DNA of 64,000 nucleotides from positions 1,632,001-1,696,000 of the forward strand of contig CAWCDG010000004.1 in NCBI GenBank assembly GCA_963794325.1. Direction: 5' to 3'. The notes under the pieces are model-generated. The model saw only the letters and a program-made list of their open reading frames with translations. It ran no database searches and was not told the DNA's origin. Positions 1 through 9,962 of the stretch are shown piece after piece; positions within the stretch are counted from its first letter, which is position 1; each line of letters opens with the position of its first letter. A program made the translations under genes and the position numbers. The stretch comes from an uncultured delta proteobacterium. Lineage in GTDB: Bacteria > Desulfobacterota > Binatia > Binatales > Binataceae.

Positions 1-1
1 C

Positions 2-1318
2 GCGCAACGAGATTTGCATTATCGCGTCGCAATCTGGGGCGTCCCCATCTCTGCGTTGATCCTGGTCATCGGACTCACGGTGGTGGCGTCGCGAGAGATC
101 CGAAGCGCCAGCAATACGTTCGCCGGAGCGTTGAAAGAAGCGGAGGCGGCGAATCAGGCGAAGACGAATTTTCTCGCGGTCGTCTCCCATGAGTTGCGCA
201 ACCCGCTGAATTCGATCCTGCTCTGGTGCAACGCGCTGCTCACCAGCGGAACGCTCGAAGGAAAAGTCGATCAAGGAGTCAGAGCAATCTCCCGCGCCGC
301 CAAGGGCCAGGCGCAGCTCATCGAGGATCTGTTGGACATCTCACGGATCGAAAGCGGCCAGATGCGATTCGACGTGCAACCTGTCAATCCGGCAGAGATT
401 GTGCGCGCGGCGGTGGACAGCATGAGTCCCGCCGCCGACGCGAAGTCGATTACGATGCAAGTCGTTCTGGATCCGCGCGCGGACGCCGTCATGGGCGATC
501 CACAACGGCTGCAGCAGGCGGTGTGGAATATCCTGTCCAACGCGATCAAGTTCACGCCCAAGGGCGGCAAGGTGCAGGTGCGCCTCGAGCGAATCAATTC
601 GCACCTCGAGATTGTTGTCGCCGACAACGGCCGGGGGATCGACCATCGCGAACTCGAAAATGTTTTCGATCGCTTTTGGCAGGCCGCCGGCCCGCACAGC
701 ACCGAGCGCGGGATGGGCCTGGGTCTTTCCATCGTCAGGCACATTGTAAATCTTCACGGCGGCACGGTCAGTGCTCATAGCGACGGCCCTGGAAAGGGAA
801 GCGTTTTCATAATTCGCCTTCCGCTTCCGGTTACCACCGCCGGATTGACGAGTCCTGGGCGCCGGCATCCGACGGCGACGCTCACAGGCCAGAGCGCCCG
901 AGTCCTGCGTCTCGAAGGCATTTCCGCGCTGGTCGTCGATGACGGCCCGGAGACTCGCGAAGCGTTGCGGTCGTTGCTGACGACGCTCGGCGCCAGCGTC
1001 AAGACAGCGGACACTGCGGAGAGTGCAATCGCCTGTCTGACGGAGTCGAAGCCCGACGTGCTCATCTCCGACCTCGGGATGCCCGGTCGCGACGGCTACT
1101 CGCTGATCAAGGAGATTCGGGCGCGTGAACAAGAGACAGGAGCAGTTGAGCATCTGCCGGCCGTTGCACTGACCGCATACGGACGCGTTGAGGATAGGGT
1201 CGAAGTTCTCTCGTCAGGCTTCGACAGCCATGTCGTGAAGCCCGCCGATCCCGCGGAGCTGGCAGCTGTGATCAAAAGATTGGTTAAAGCGCGCAGCTCA
1301 GGCAGCGACGATACCTAA
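2..1318 (+). CDS. Hybrid sensor histidine kinase/response regulator (HisKA-HATPase-REC), probably 5' partial
   Basis: H-box SHELRNPL, N-box NILSNAIKFT, G-boxes DNGRG and GMGLGL, C-terminal receiver (LVVDD...ISDLGMP...KP); frame is open to the window edge. Confidence 0.92.
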   Translation, partial: AQRDLHYRVAIWGVPISALILVIGLTVVASREIRSASNTFAGALKEAEAANQAKTNFLAVVSHELRNPLNSILLWCNALLTSGTLEGKVDQGVRAISRAAKGQAQLIEDLLDISRIESGQMRFDVQPVNPAEIVRAAVDSMSPAADAKSITMQVVLDPRADAVMGDPQRLQQAVWNILSNAIKFTPKGGKVQVRLERINSHLEIVVADNGRGIDHRELENVFDRFWQAAGPHSTERGMGLGLSIVRHIVNLHGGTVSAHSDGPGKGSVFIIRLPLPVTTAGLTSPGRRHPTATLTGQSARVLRLEGISALVVDDGPETREALRSLLTTLGASVKTADTAESAIACLTESKPDVLISDLGMPGRDGYSLIKEIRAREQETGAVEHLPAVALTAYGRVEDRVEVLSSGFDSHVVKPADPAELAAVIKRLVKARSSGSDDT

Positions 1319-1345
1319 GCAAGATAGTTAGCTAGCAGCTTTTCG

Positions 1346-1759
1346 TTACTGAACAGGTTCGGGTCTTTCCCGGTGGATCAATCCGACGTGACGCGCGAGC
1401 AACTGCCAGTTTCCGCCGCGCTTCGTCCATACGTTCATGTAGCTGACAAACAGTTTGAACTCGGTGGTATCTGCTATCAGCTGAGAGATCTCGCTGCCGG
1501 TGGTGACGACCAAATTGTCGAACACCGTGATGCGGACCGGCTTGCGTTCATAGATGCGCAGCTTGAGCCGTCCGTTTTTGATCATTTCAAGCAGGATTTG
1601 TTTTCCCGCGATCAGATTCGCGGTGCTGTTGACGACCAGGTCGTCGGCCCACAGCGTCTGCAGCGCTGACGCGTCGGCAGTTAGCATCGCCCTCGCTTCC
1701 CGCTGTTCCAATGCTTCGATCTCGCTTCGTTCCGCGATGATTGATTCTTTCGTATTCAT
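1346..1759 (-). CDS. NTF2-like/DUF4440 family protein
   Basis: ADASALQTLWADDLVV...YMNVWTKRGGNWQLLARH pattern; ATGA overlap with the upstream response regulator stop. Confidence 0.8.
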   Translation of the reverse strand: MNTKESIIAERSEIEALEQREARAMLTADASALQTLWADDLVVNSTANLIAGKQILLEMIKNGRLKLRIYERKPVRITVFDNLVVTTGSEISQLIADTTEFKLFVSYMNVWTKRGGNWQLLARHVGLIHRERPEPVQ

Positions 1760-2142
1760 GGCGTTGGCCCTCGCCTGCAATAATGACCTACGGACGTGAG
1801 CAACCGATCAACATCCACCGGTTTAATAATGATTTCGTTGGCGTCTACGTCGGCGCGATCGCTCAAAGCGGTAACGACGATTACCGGGATGTGTGCCAGT
1901 CGTGGGTTCTTGATTTGTTCCGAGCGGAAATGCCAGCCGTCCATCACCGGCATCCACAAATCGAGGATGATCAAATCGGGCGCCGATGCCTGATCCAGGT
2001 AGTCGAGAGCCTCTCTGCCATTGCCGGCAGGAACTGCCTGATAGCCCTTCATCTGCAAAAGGGCGACCATCGCGTCGCGCGCGTCTTCGTCGTCTTCGAC
2101 GACGAGGATTTTGGGTTCCTCTCGTTCTTCGTCGTCGTGCAT
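1756..2142 (-). CDS. Single-domain response regulator (CheY-like receiver)
   Basis: ILVVEDD, ILDLWMPVMDG, VTA, IKP motifs; start could be as far up as 2178. Confidence 0.9.
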   Translation of the reverse strand: MHDDEEREEPKILVVEDDEDARDAMVALLQMKGYQAVPAGNGREALDYLDQASAPDLIILDLWMPVMDGWHFRSEQIKNPRLAHIPVIVVTALSDRADVDANEIIIKPVDVDRLLTSVGHYCRRGPTP

Positions 2143-2455
2143 CGAATCTAATTCTACAAGATACAGGACTCGGGCCAATACTCACTGGATATTTTTCACT
2201 GCGCGAAGGTCAATATTCACCGACTCCGCCAGCGGGAGGGGCTGATTCTCCACGGTAAACCTTTCTCAGTTACCGATTGACCAGAGGGTCGCGAGAAAAG
2301 AAAACTTCGAGTTTGCTATCCTTTTGCTTTTGGCCTGCATCTTGCTGCCTGTTCGAGGGGAACCTTTGTCTTCAGTTATAGGTCGAGATGCGCCAAGAGT
2401 TTGACCACGACTCCCCCGCTGCCGATCCCTTGAGGCTGACGCAGGAGAATCGCCG

Positions 2456-4657
2456 ATGAGCGCGGCGCGGTTTGAGTCGGGCTCCAGTGCGGCCTCATTC
2501 GCGTCGCCGGCTTCATGGACGGACGTCAATCCACATTCGCATCTGGTTCAGTTTTACGAAAGTGACGGATTTCTTATCGACGCATTGGCCCGCTGGTTCG
2601 CCGACGGCCTCAACGGCGGCGATAGTTGCGTATTCGTCGGCACCGAATCGCATCGCATCAGCCTTGAAAAAGAACTTGCGGATCGAGGCTTCGATCTCGA
2701 TCGCACAAGCGGGCGCTTCGTCTGCGTCGATGCGTCACAAGTGCTTTCGACTTTCATAGTCGATGAGTGGCCGAACGGGGATTTGTTCGCTCGCGCGATC
2801 GAAGGTGTTCTGGGCCGCGTGTCTAAATCACGCGAGCTTCGTGTATTCGGCGAGATGGTGACGCTGCTCTGGGCCGACGGGAGACGGCAAGCGGCGGTCC
2901 GCCTCGAAGAGATGTGGAACGCCTTCATGAAGACGCACGCGCTCTCATTGTGCTGCGCGTATCCTCTTCACAGTTTCGGCTCCGATGCGGATGCGTCGTT
3001 GTTTCTAAAAGTCTGCGCGCAGCATACTCCGGTCCTGCCCGCCGAGAGTTACACCGCGCTGACCACGGAGGCTGAACGTCTTCGCGCGATAAGTCTGCTG
3101 CAACACAAAGCGAGTGTCCTTGAAACCGAGAAAGCCGGACGCAAGGAAGCCGAGCAATCGCTTCACCTGCGTCAAAAAGAGCTTTCGGATATCATCGAGA
3201 ACGCGCTCGAAGGAATCCATCAGGTTGGTCCGGAGGGAAAAATTCTGTGGGCTAATCCGGCGCAGCTCAAACTGCTCGGCTATGCGGCCAACGAATACAT
3301 CGGCCATGACCTCGCCGAATTCTACGTTGACCGCAAACGGTTCGATGAGTTCTGGAAGCGGCTCAGGCGCGGCGAGATCATTTACGACTTTGCGGCGGCG
3401 CTGCGATGCAAAGACGAATCGATCAAGGAAGTTCTCATCCATTCGAGCGGGCTGTGGGAAGACGGCAAGTTCCTGTACACCCGATGCTTCATTCGGGACG
3501 TGACGGAAGGCGTCGAACTGGAGCGCGAACTCAAAATAAGGCTGGCGGAACTCGCTCAGGCCGATCAGCGCAAGAACGAATTTCTCGCGATGCTCGGCCA
3601 CGAGCTTCGCAACCCGCTGTCCGCAGTGCTGGACGCTATCGCGACGGCGCAGCTCGACCAGACTCGCCGCGAACGCGCTCTGACCATCGCACGCCGGCAG
3701 ACCGATCAGCTCGCGAGGCTGGTCGATGACCTGCTCGACGTCGGACGAATTACGCAGGGCAGAATCGTCCTCAAGAAGGAAGCGATCAAGGTCGCCAGCA
3801 TCCTCAAGCAGGCGGTCGAAGAAGCCCAGTGTCTGGTCGAACCCGGTCAGCATCAGTTGTCCGTTAGGATCTCGTCGGGCGCCGACGAAGCTGTGATCGA
3901 GGCGGACCCGGCGCGCATGCGTCAGGTGATCGCCAATCTTATACACAACGCGGCGAAGTTCACTCATGCGGGCGGGCGCATCGACGTGCTGGCTGAGCGC
4001 GCCGACAATGAGATCGTCCTGCGGGTGCGCGATTCCGGCATCGGCATCGCGCCGGACCTGCTGCCGCGGGTATTTGATCTCTTCACGCAGGCCGAGCGTC
4101 CGCTTGACCGATCGCACGGCGGCTTGGGCATCGGCCTGACCCTCGTCCAGCGGCTGGTCGAGATGCACGGTGGCCGCGTCGAGGCGTATAGCGCGGGCCC
4201 CGGGATGGGCAGCGAGTTCGAAGTCCGCATCCCCGCCGCTTCTAATTCTCGTCCGCAGGCGACGGCGACCGTAAACCAAGGCGAGGATCACGGGCATCTG
4301 CGAATCGTGATCGTCGAAGATAATTTCGACGCCGCCGAAGCGCTGAAGATGTTGCTCGAGCTGTTCGGACACCAGACCATCGTGGTTGAGAACGGCTTGG
4401 CTGCGATCGAAGTGGTCCGTCACGGCGCGTTTGACATGGCGCTGGTGGATATAGGATTGCCGGGCATCGACGGTTACGAAGTGGCGCGCCGGATCAGAGC
4501 AATCCCAAACGCAAAGACCATGACGCTGATAGCGCTGACCGGCTACGGCCAGGAAACCGACAAACAGCGCGCCCTCTCCGCCGGCTTCGACGAGCATCTG
4601 ACCAAGCCAGTAAAAATCGAACGCCTGCAAGCCGTCCTGAACCGCCCCCGCTATTAA
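2456..4657 (+). CDS. MEDS-PAS-histidine kinase-receiver hybrid sensor
   Basis: N-terminal HLVQFYE...RVFGEMV..LW...LEEMWN...LCCAY (MEDS), PAS (WANPAQLKLLGY), GHELRNPL, HNAAKFT, GLGIGL, receiver VDIGLPGIDG. Confidence 0.92.
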   Translation: MSAARFESGSSAASFASPASWTDVNPHSHLVQFYESDGFLIDALARWFADGLNGGDSCVFVGTESHRISLEKELADRGFDLDRTSGRFVCVDASQVLSTFIVDEWPNGDLFARAIEGVLGRVSKSRELRVFGEMVTLLWADGRRQAAVRLEEMWNAFMKTHALSLCCAYPLHSFGSDADASLFLKVCAQHTPVLPAESYTALTTEAERLRAISLLQHKASVLETEKAGRKEAEQSLHLRQKELSDIIENALEGIHQVGPEGKILWANPAQLKLLGYAANEYIGHDLAEFYVDRKRFDEFWKRLRRGEIIYDFAAALRCKDESIKEVLIHSSGLWEDGKFLYTRCFIRDVTEGVELERELKIRLAELAQADQRKNEFLAMLGHELRNPLSAVLDAIATAQLDQTRRERALTIARRQTDQLARLVDDLLDVGRITQGRIVLKKEAIKVASILKQAVEEAQCLVEPGQHQLSVRISSGADEAVIEADPARMRQVIANLIHNAAKFTHAGGRIDVLAERADNEIVLRVRDSGIGIAPDLLPRVFDLFTQAERPLDRSHGGLGIGLTLVQRLVEMHGGRVEAYSAGPGMGSEFEVRIPAASNSRPQATATVNQGEDHGHLRIVIVEDNFDAAEALKMLLELFGHQTIVVENGLAAIEVVRHGAFDMALVDIGLPGIDGYEVARRIRAIPNAKTMTLIALTGYGQETDKQRALSAGFDEHLTKPVKIERLQAVLNRPRY

Positions 4658-4660
4658 CCT

Positions 4661-6511
4661 CTAGACATTCCGCGACCGCTTTAGCGAATACATCCGCATG
4701 GTGCCGTAGTTCTTGGCGGCGGGAACCTGTCCAACATACTCGCACGTGAATTTTGCATTGGGAGTTGTTGCCAAAGCCGCCGCGAACGCTTCGGTCGCAT
4801 ACACCGAACCTTCCGGGGTTATCGGCTCGATTCGGGCTGCCCGGCAAACGTGGGCTCCGGTGAAGCATATGCGCTTGAGGACGGGATCGCGCAGTCGATA
4901 CACCGGGCCAAGGTGAGTACCCAGCCGGAGCGCCAGGTCGGGCAATCCGACGCGCTTGAAATCGAATGCCGCCATCGCTTCCTGCAACTCAATTGCAACG
5001 CTCGCCGCAGTTTCAACGTCGGCTATGGTAACCGACAGGCCGTCGCCCCAGGTGTTACGGTACAAGATTTTACGCCCGTGCCGGCCAAGAACGCGCGCGA
5101 ACATGCCGATCACTTCGCGCGTGAAAATCGGCATCTGCGGCTCGCTAAGTCTGCTGAACCACTTGATGTCGCCGAAGAGCATCGCACGAATTGTGCGATC
5201 GCCGGGCTTGCGCACCATTTGACGTGGCGCAGGGCTACTCGCCCTGGCAGCCTTGCCAACCGGAGTCGGCCGAATGACTTCGCTCATAAGTCCGAGCTTT
5301 CGCCAGCGGTATACATCGGCGGCGGTGCCGATGAGGCCGCGATGCTCGCGCGCCGGCATTCCGTCCCACACCACGATTTGACGGACCTTGCTATCAAGAG
5401 AACGCGCGTGCAGCGTTGCCAATCCCATCGCCATCTCGCTGGCGTAAGCGAACAGACCTTCTTCACTGAAGTGTTGGTCGGTGGTGGCGTAGGTGACGCT
5501 TTTGGCTGCCGAGTAGCATGAGTCAAAGCGCGGCAGCCACGACTTACCGGCGCGCGCCACTGAGACTCGCTTGAACTCCTCGAGGCCGAACGGCATCGTG
5601 ACGTTCAATTCGGCGCCTTTGCGCAGCAGTTCCTCCGCAAACAGAATGTCAGCGCCCGCGGCCAGCGAACCATAGCCGAAACCCACGTCGTGCCTGCGCA
5701 ACGCAGCCGCAATCTGATCGCGCACACTGGACTCGCTCGCTTGCGGAAATCGCGGACCGGGCAGATGGCCGGCGTAGTAGATTACCGACGGCACCGAGAT
5801 CGCTTCGAGCACTTCGGGCGCGATTCCGCGTGCCGCGCAGACCAGTTTGAGCTGCCGTCGCGTCGTCGCAATCGACGAAAAATCGCGGCCGGTGGCGAGC
5901 GCGGCGGCGCGCAAAGCGCTCCCTGCGCTGCCAAGGTCGCCGATGATCAGCGCCGCCTCGGCCTCTGTGGCGCGGGCGAAGTATTCGTCGGTGCTTCCGC
6001 CGGCATGGCCGCCGGCAAAGATCTTCAGCACTTCGCGAGCGAGCGCCTGCGCGCTTCGTAAATCACCGCCAAGAAGCTTGAGGGTCGCCGCGTTGATTCC
6101 GGGATAGTATGCGCCCGTGCGCCGGAAGATATCGTTGTAGCGGCCCGCGGCGATGGCGAGCAGCCGCTTCCGCTTCGGCCCGATTTCCTGAAGAGCCTGG
6201 TCCTTGGCTATGCGCGCATCGAGCGCGGCGACATCGATAGTGAAAGCATCGGCCGGCCGATCGGCGATCAAATCGCCGAGCTTGAACCGGTCGTAGCGAG
6301 TGCGAGCCTGCCGGGTCGCCCCGGTCCTCGCGAGCGCAAGTACAGCGTTGTACCGGAGAACGGAGTCATCCGGATATTCTTCAAGCGCGCGATCCGCGAG
6401 GTCGAACGCCTGAAGCAATTCCCCGCGCGCATTAGCGTCATGGATTTCGGAGATCCATGCGCCAACGGATTTCGAAGGCACGGACACTTTCGAGCTGCTC
6501 TCGTCTGGCAT
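4661..6511 (-). CDS. TPR (TPR-S/MAP3K TRAF-binding-like) - SLOG (YpsA-like) - class III nucleotide cyclase fusion protein
   Basis: Helical N-terminus with YYPGINAATL and YFARATEAEA; SLOG motifs YAGH, GSLAAGADILFAE, VWDG..GTA; cyclase motifs LFGDIK, TWGDG, RLGTHLGPV, RAARIE. Confidence 0.85.
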   Translation of the reverse strand: MPDESSSKVSVPSKSVGAWISEIHDANARGELLQAFDLADRALEEYPDDSVLRYNAVLALARTGATRQARTRYDRFKLGDLIADRPADAFTIDVAALDARIAKDQALQEIGPKRKRLLAIAAGRYNDIFRRTGAYYPGINAATLKLLGGDLRSAQALAREVLKIFAGGHAGGSTDEYFARATEAEAALIIGDLGSAGSALRAAALATGRDFSSIATTRRQLKLVCAARGIAPEVLEAISVPSVIYYAGHLPGPRFPQASESSVRDQIAAALRRHDVGFGYGSLAAGADILFAEELLRKGAELNVTMPFGLEEFKRVSVARAGKSWLPRFDSCYSAAKSVTYATTDQHFSEEGLFAYASEMAMGLATLHARSLDSKVRQIVVWDGMPAREHRGLIGTAADVYRWRKLGLMSEVIRPTPVGKAARASSPAPRQMVRKPGDRTIRAMLFGDIKWFSRLSEPQMPIFTREVIGMFARVLGRHGRKILYRNTWGDGLSVTIADVETAASVAIELQEAMAAFDFKRVGLPDLALRLGTHLGPVYRLRDPVLKRICFTGAHVCRAARIEPITPEGSVYATEAFAAALATTPNAKFTCEYVGQVPAAKNYGTMRMYSLKRSRNV

Positions 6512-6584
6512 GATGAGTAACCTTCGAACAAGCAGGTACCGACTTTCGGCACGAAAATCTTATCGAGTGATGGGCGAATCTGGA

Positions 6585-8527
6585 TCACTGTGCGCGGAGC
6601 CGGTCCAGCGAGAGCTTCGCCATCTGATGTCCCTGGGCAGCCGCCAACTCGTACCACTTCAGAGCTTCGGTGCGATCGATCGGCACTCCCCAGCCGCTCT
6701 CGTACAGCTTTCCGAGATTATATTCCGCGGAAGCATTTCCTTGCGCCGCTGCTCCTTGATACAGCGGGATTGCTGCTGAGTAGTCCTGACTGACGCCCTG
6801 GCCCTGACAGTACATGGTGGCGAGTCTGTTTTGCGCGGCCGCCAGTCCTTGCGCCGCTGCTTGACGATACCAGTTTGCTGCTTCGGCATAGTCCGGCCCG
6901 CCTCCGACCTGGCCGGCTTCGTACATGTAGCCGAGATTGTTTTCAGCTTCGGCATTTCCTTGCGCCGCCGCCTTACGATACCAGGTTGCCGCCTGGTCAA
7001 AGTCGGGACCGGTTCCGACTTGGCCTTTTTCATACATATAACCGAGATTCGCTTCGGCTTGGGCGTCACCCTGCGCCGCCGCCTCTCCGAACCATTTGAG
7101 TGCGGTAGTATGATCGCCCAAGCGCTGGGCGGCGTCGCCAAACGCAATTAGCTGAGGCGCGGTATGGGCCCGAGCCAAATCATTGGAACCGCCGGTCCCA
7201 ATCGATTCAACCATTGTACTTGCGAAGCGGTCTGCCATCGACTGCACGTCGGCGGTAGATCCTTTAAAAATTTTCCCGGAGAGCCTTCTGCGTTGTGCGA
7301 CGTCGTATAGATAAACGGTTAGATCCACCGTCGAGCCATTCGACGCTGACCATTCCCTTGACCAGAAAATCGGCCGCGATTGAACTCCAGGGGCTGAAAT
7401 CGAACTGCCCCAACTCATAAGCCGGACTGCTGCGCATCCTGATGGTAGGACTGTGCACCGATCAGATCGAAGGAACCCAGGTTAAGCAGAGAACGCCGCA
7501 CCACCTCAACAAAGTTCTCGCTCACCCGGCCATCTTCATCGCCGCCACCATTTTTCAATGGCGAAATCGCGATACGGGGGAGGTGCGACACGGACGCCGA
7601 TTCGCGAGCAGGAGCTGGCGGCTCTATCGTCGCGAGTCTCTCAGGAGCAGCAGGCGCTATCGTCGCGAGACTCTTCGGTATCGCAGCAGCCTCGGATTTG
7701 GCTTGCGCGACCGCCTCTGCCGCTTTGCGCTTGCGCTCCTTCTCCGTCTGTGCGGCCTTCTGCGCAGCCTGTGCCTGCTCAGCGACCGCGCGTTTTCGAG
7801 CCGTATCCTCGGCCAGCGCGCGTTCTTTCTGGGCCTGCGCAGCGTTCTCCTCTCGTTGCTGCGCGGCCGCGCTTGCTCTCTCAGCCGCCGCAGTCTGCTC
7901 GGCGACACGTTTGCGGAGCAAATCCTGCTGCGCAACGTAATATCGCGCGCCGAAGAAGGCAGCGGTTCCGACGAGTGCAATCGCCAAAGCCGCAATCGAG
8001 GGAGCGATCCACTTCGGACGCGGTCGGGCGCGGGCGATTATCTCTGGCGGTGTTGCAGCACTAAACTCATCGCGAGCAGGCGGCGACGGTCGCGGCGTCT
8101 CCGAAGCGACACGATCGCTCTCGATACGTTCGAGCCAGAATTTAGCGGAATCCGCAATCCCCTCAAGGTGCCGCTCGAACGGCGGCGTGATCGCGTCGAG
8201 CCAGTGCGGTGTGCCGAGAAAATATTCGAGGTCGCCGGACGGCTTCACATTCTCGACCCGCACCGGAACGACGACGAGGCCCTTGCTGACCGCGCGTTCC
8301 ACTTCGCGGCTTACCTGCGGAGACCCGTTGGCGTGCGACGAAAACAAAAGCAGCATCACGCGTGCGGCGTCAATCGCCTCGACAATCGCGGTGCCCCAGC
8401 TCATGCCGGGACGGATGTCGCGCGGCGCGATCCAGCATCGGATGCCGCGTGATTCGAGCTTCGCGCAGACTCCATCGGCATACGGTTTGTCCCGAGCCGA
8501 ATGGCTTATGAATACGTCGTGAGCCAA
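6585..8527 (-). CDS. TIR - TM - Ala/Glu/Lys coil - TolB N-terminal-like domain - Sel1 repeats; one gene broken by two +1 indels (~7419, ~7345)
   Basis: TIR (DVFISH, WIAPRDI, SPQVSREV) in ORF 7415-8527; continues in the 7264-7458 frame (YELGQFDFSPWSSIAADFLVKG) and then the 6585-7418 frame (LTVYLYDV, Sel1 repeats AxxNLGYMYxxG). Confidence 0.78.
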
Positions 8528-8769
8528 AGAGCTGGTCTTCTCCCATTCGGCGCTCGAATAGCCGAGAAAGATGTCGTTCCCGTCTTTAACCGTTGGTGTC
8601 TTCTCAAAACTCCAAGGGTAACCGAATGTCTAGACGATTTGACTTAACAATCGCAATAGACTAGCAAGATGGCAATCTTCAATCGTGCTAGCTTCCGTAG
8701 GGCTCGGATCCTAGTGAGGCTGTTGCGGAACCCGCGAGAAAAATTCCGGCCTTACGTTTGGGGGAAGCA

Positions 8770-9228
8770 ATGAACAGAATGGCCGCAATCGTCGCGACAG
8801 CGGCAGTATTGATGTGCTTGTCTTCGTGCGCATTGGTGTTTCACGGAACCAACGAAGATGTAACTGTTACCAGCGATCCTCCCGGTGCTACGGCTACGCT
8901 CAGCACTGGGGAGACGCGCGTGACACCATTCGCGGTGACAGTTCCAAGGAAGCAGAACCTTGAGGTCCACTTCGCTAAACCAGGCTATAATCCGACCGAT
9001 GTTACCGATGAATCGCAGATAGAGGCCGGGTACCTTATAGTTGATATCCTTACCTTCGCATGGCCGTATGACGCAGCTTCCGGCGCTTATTTTTCCCATC
9101 AACAATCTACAATTGAAGCAAAACTAGTCCCCATTGAAACTGGGGCACCTGGCGGGCCGGCGCGCGCAGATTCACAACTGCCGCAAGGAAAAGTATCTAG
9201 CAGCGTTGCGGGCGAAGATACGAACTAG
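8770..9228 (+). CDS. PEGA-like domain lipoprotein
   Basis: Lipobox LSSC; VTVTSDPPGA...TP...FAKPGY pattern. Confidence 0.75.
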   Translation: MNRMAAIVATAAVLMCLSSCALVFHGTNEDVTVTSDPPGATATLSTGETRVTPFAVTVPRKQNLEVHFAKPGYNPTDVTDESQIEAGYLIVDILTFAWPYDAASGAYFSHQQSTIEAKLVPIETGAPGGPARADSQLPQGKVSSSVAGEDTN

Positions 9229-9278
9229 TCGAGAAAAAACCGCAATGAGCACGACGGACTCGTGCGGGGGAATTGCTC

Positions 9279-9962
9279 ATGAGGAATTGCGTGACTGGCC
9301 TAACCGTTAGCACCGCTTCAGCGCTTGTCGCTGCGGTCGCTGGAGCCTTGGCTGCGACAGTGTTCCTTAGCGGATGTGCCTTTACAACCGGGCATGTCAA
9401 TCTCGACTATCAGTCCCAGGTAGCCCCTACGAAATTCGCAGTGGCAAATTCCCCTCACATAAGTGTGGCGGTCACTGACAAGCGCCCCACACAGGTGGTG
9501 GGTCATAAGATCAACGGATACGGAATGAAGACCGCAGAGATCGTATCCGACAGCGATGTTCCTGCAACGGTCAAGAAAGCATTCGACCAGGAGCTGGAAG
9601 CGCGCGGATTCACACCGGGGACGGGCGGCATTCTTGTCGCGGTCAGCCTGAACGATTTCGAGAGTGAATACTCGACTGGCTGGTTTTCGGCGCAAGCCAC
9701 CGCGAATATGGGTATGGACGTGAGCGTTGTGCAGACCGACGGCACAATCACCTTCGAAAAGCATATTACGGGGCATAACGAGGAGTCAGTCATGACCTCG
9801 GGCGAGGGGAACGCGCAGGTAGTCCTCAACGCGGCAATGCGCGATGCTGTTTCCAACGTCTTTGGCGACCCCGCCTTCCTTAACGCTCTAATGGGGCACG
9901 GCCAATCCAGCGATCATAGGTCTGCCTCAGAGAGCTCCATCCATAGTCTCTCAGGAAGCTAG
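9279..9962 (+). CDS. YajG-like lipoprotein
   Basis: Lipobox LSGC; VAVTDKRP...ELEARGF pattern; stop overlaps the stop of the convergent TIR gene (CTAG 9959-9962). Confidence 0.7.
   Translation: MRNCVTGLTVSTASALVAAVAGALAATVFLSGCAFTTGHVNLDYQSQVAPTKFAVANSPHISVAVTDKRPTQVVGHKINGYGMKTAEIVSDSDVPATVKKAFDQELEARGFTPGTGGILVAVSLNDFESEYSTGWFSAQATANMGMDVSVVQTDGTITFEKHITGHNEESVMTSGEGNAQVVLNAAMRDAVSNVFGDPAFLNALMGHGQSSDHRSASESSIHSLSGS

Noticed and set aside
3005-4630. 541-aa minus-strand ORF
   Set aside because: Antisense shadow of the MEDS kinase; no motifs; expected in GC-rich DNA
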